A DNA stretch of 63,977 nucleotides, counting the filler, from Choristocarpus tenellus KU-1152 (lineage: Eukaryota; Protista; Phaeophyceae), in assembly GCA_964200185.2 (NCBI GenBank). It is 12 parts of 12 records of this genome, joined end to end, with 100 filler letters (N's around TTAATTAATTAA, not from the genome) between each part and the next. Parts side by side here need not be neighbours in the genome. Positions count along the whole stretch, not along the records: positions 60,518 to 63,977 come from CAXNAD020019893.1; 11 more parts are not named here. One strand, 5' to 3'. A model generated the notes under the pieces. It had not been told where the DNA came from. It worked only from the letters and a program-made list of their open reading frames with translations, and ran no database searches. This document shows, in pieces, positions 61,971 through 63,977 of the stretch (the stretch's first letter is position 1; each line of letters starts with the position of its first letter). A program made the position numbers and the translations under genes.

Positions 61971-62985
61971 CACTAGACTTCCGTCATTGAGGCCTACTGA
62001 AACATTTCCTATTGGTTAGCTTGCCACTATGCAAGAGCCTTCCTAGACTAGTATTGCAACCAAATACACTCATAAAAGGCTCTCTGTGCATGCTGGAGAA
62101 CTCGCTATCCTGGCAAATACAACTACACTCAACCCTCCAGAGGTACTAGAAAAAGGGGCAAAGGTGAAAAAAAAAGGTGTACAACCCCCATGACCCCTGC
62201 CCTGATTGTGCCTCAACAACTGCCAAAGCAGAAGGTTAAGCTTGTCTCAGTCACTCTCTGGACACATTACAAACCCACATCGACTCCATTGCAACCCAAC
62301 CAACAAACCATTTTTTTCCCCATAATTCCATCTCCCCTCCAACAAACCACTAAACCATCCACCCACCCACCCACCCACCCACCCAACCTACCTGAAACAA
62401 CACAAGTGCACTTCCTCCTGAGTAAGCAAAACTTGGTAGTCCTTACTCTTGACCAGAATTATTCAGCCAAACAGTACTCCAGCCCTCAGCACACAATACC
62501 ACAGCTCACCTCAGCAAATACAGATAGGTCAAAGTATGGGCACTACCTCCATTACCCTCAAACGTCCTACACAACACCATAGAACAGTACTCCCTAGCAG
62601 ACAAAACGTAGAATACATCACACTACACAAACCATACAAACCACTACACTTCATGGAGATAACAATCACACACCTCCCCAAAACCAATAACATCAACCCA
62701 ACATTCAACAACCTTCTCACCCTTGGAACGAAGCCCCTGGGGTGAATGACACTGCCACTGACACAGCCACAGCACTATCCCCATCCAGCGGCACCTCCAG
62801 CGCACTTGATAACCCCCCCCGCAACTTGGCCCTGCCCCCTGCCCCGCCCCCCACCCCCCCCCCCCCCCCCCTGCCCCGCCCCCCACCCCCCCACCCCCGC
62901 CCGTGCCCCCAGCACTACCCCAGCTCGACCGGTGCATGTGACGGACCTCTGCGTCGCTATCGGATTCGCCCTCACTCATGGACAT
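60518..62985 (-). CDS. Unknown Gly/Ser-rich protein (partial, spliced)
   Basis: Candidate exons: 62985-~62721 (MSMSEGESDSDAE..., with a poly-G frameshift that is probably an assembly error), 61755-61665 (WEGGYLFQGKLRFYESRNEDVVKELPCTAQ, weakly PH-like) and 61025-60518 (VYSSAEAYRCALVSNIS..., open to the contig end). The last two join in phase 0. Confidence 0.5.
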
Positions 62986-63977
62986 CTAACAACCATGATA
63001 GGGTATAGGGGTGGGGGGGGGGTGGGGGGGTAGTTCGTGACGATAAAGGCAGTGCGACAATAAAGGGTACAAGAAGTGCACTAATGCAACAGAGGCGAGA
63101 GGGAACAGGGTCGTGGTGTTTAGTGGAATAGCGGCGTGCTTTTGTGCTTGTTGCAGATTTTTGGTTCATTAAGGATTTCACCTTTGTTTTTGTTTTTTTT
63201 TTTAAGAAAAAGAGATGCAATTGATTACCACACACACACGCAAGCACATCAATACGCCCCAAAAAGACCTTGGATATATATATTCCATGCATACCAAGAA
63301 GGAGAGCGGGGGTGGGGGGATGGGGGGCATTTTGATTTTGAAGGGGTTTCAACATTTTGTTTAAAAAGAAAAAGAAAATCGAGACATTTAGAGAAGGGCA
63401 TCGATGAGGATCATTTTCATTCTGGAAACTGATAGTAATCACAAATCAGACAAAACGCACTCCAGAGACATCTGCCACCAGCAAGTCGGGGGGACATGTG
63501 AAACTTGCCAGATCCCACCCCTCTCAGCTACCTTTACTCTTTGGAAGGCGTTCACGAGGGTGAGTTTTAACAACCACACTAATACTTTCAATACACCCAA
63601 ATCAGGTAACATTTTTGAATACATACCCAGCATAGCAAAAAGAGGGGGGTGGGGGATGGCAAACCAAAACATCATCAAAACACCATGCTTGATCGGGGAC
63701 GGTATGACACCAACACCATTCCATCCGAGGCTACAAGAGACACCAATGATCGCATCGCGGCACACCCTATACCCTGCATCGCATCACACCTCCCAGGACT
63801 TTCTTCACTATACAAAAATCGCATTTTTTTTCCCCCATTCTCTTTCTGGCGGCCTCAAGTCAAAACTTCCAAGATTGATCGCAAGCCAATATGCCAAATA
63901 GGGCGGGGGGGGGGGGCAGGGGGCGGGGGGGAGAGACAGATGATCGTGATCAAAAGGGAAAAAAAAAGCACCTCTCC

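Overview
This is eukaryotic, intron-rich genomic DNA. It is not one continuous locus: twelve contigs are joined by eleven identical artificial 100-nt spacers (N44-TTAATTAATTAA-N44). Gene structure (short GT-AG exons, 0.2-2 kb introns), TTAGGG tracts and the gene and repeat families suggest a stramenopile, probably a brown alga or close relative (inference). I reconstructed spliced, phase-consistent but partial genes by hand: a ZIP4/TEX11/SPO22-like meiotic TPR protein (+) convergent with a histone-deacetylase-family gene (-), a membrane-anchored histidine kinase, an EML-like WD40 protein, RBM28/NOP4, and EMC1 and SRP72 head-to-head 803 bp apart. There is also an ankyrin exon and an unknown low-complexity gene. 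Introns and intergenic DNA are packed with decayed Penelope-like, Ty1/copia and Ty3/gypsy fragments, an intron-containing Sola-like (DUF7869-type) transposase pseudogene and an IS630/Tc1-like remnant. The most distinctive signal is a group of about 20 MITE copies. They have three unrelated internal sequences but share one TIR core (5 nt + AAAGTA/AAAGCA), and their target-site duplications are a mix of 3 bp and 4 bp. Most ORFs in the supplied track are spurious. Protein family calls come from recognised motifs, not from database searches.
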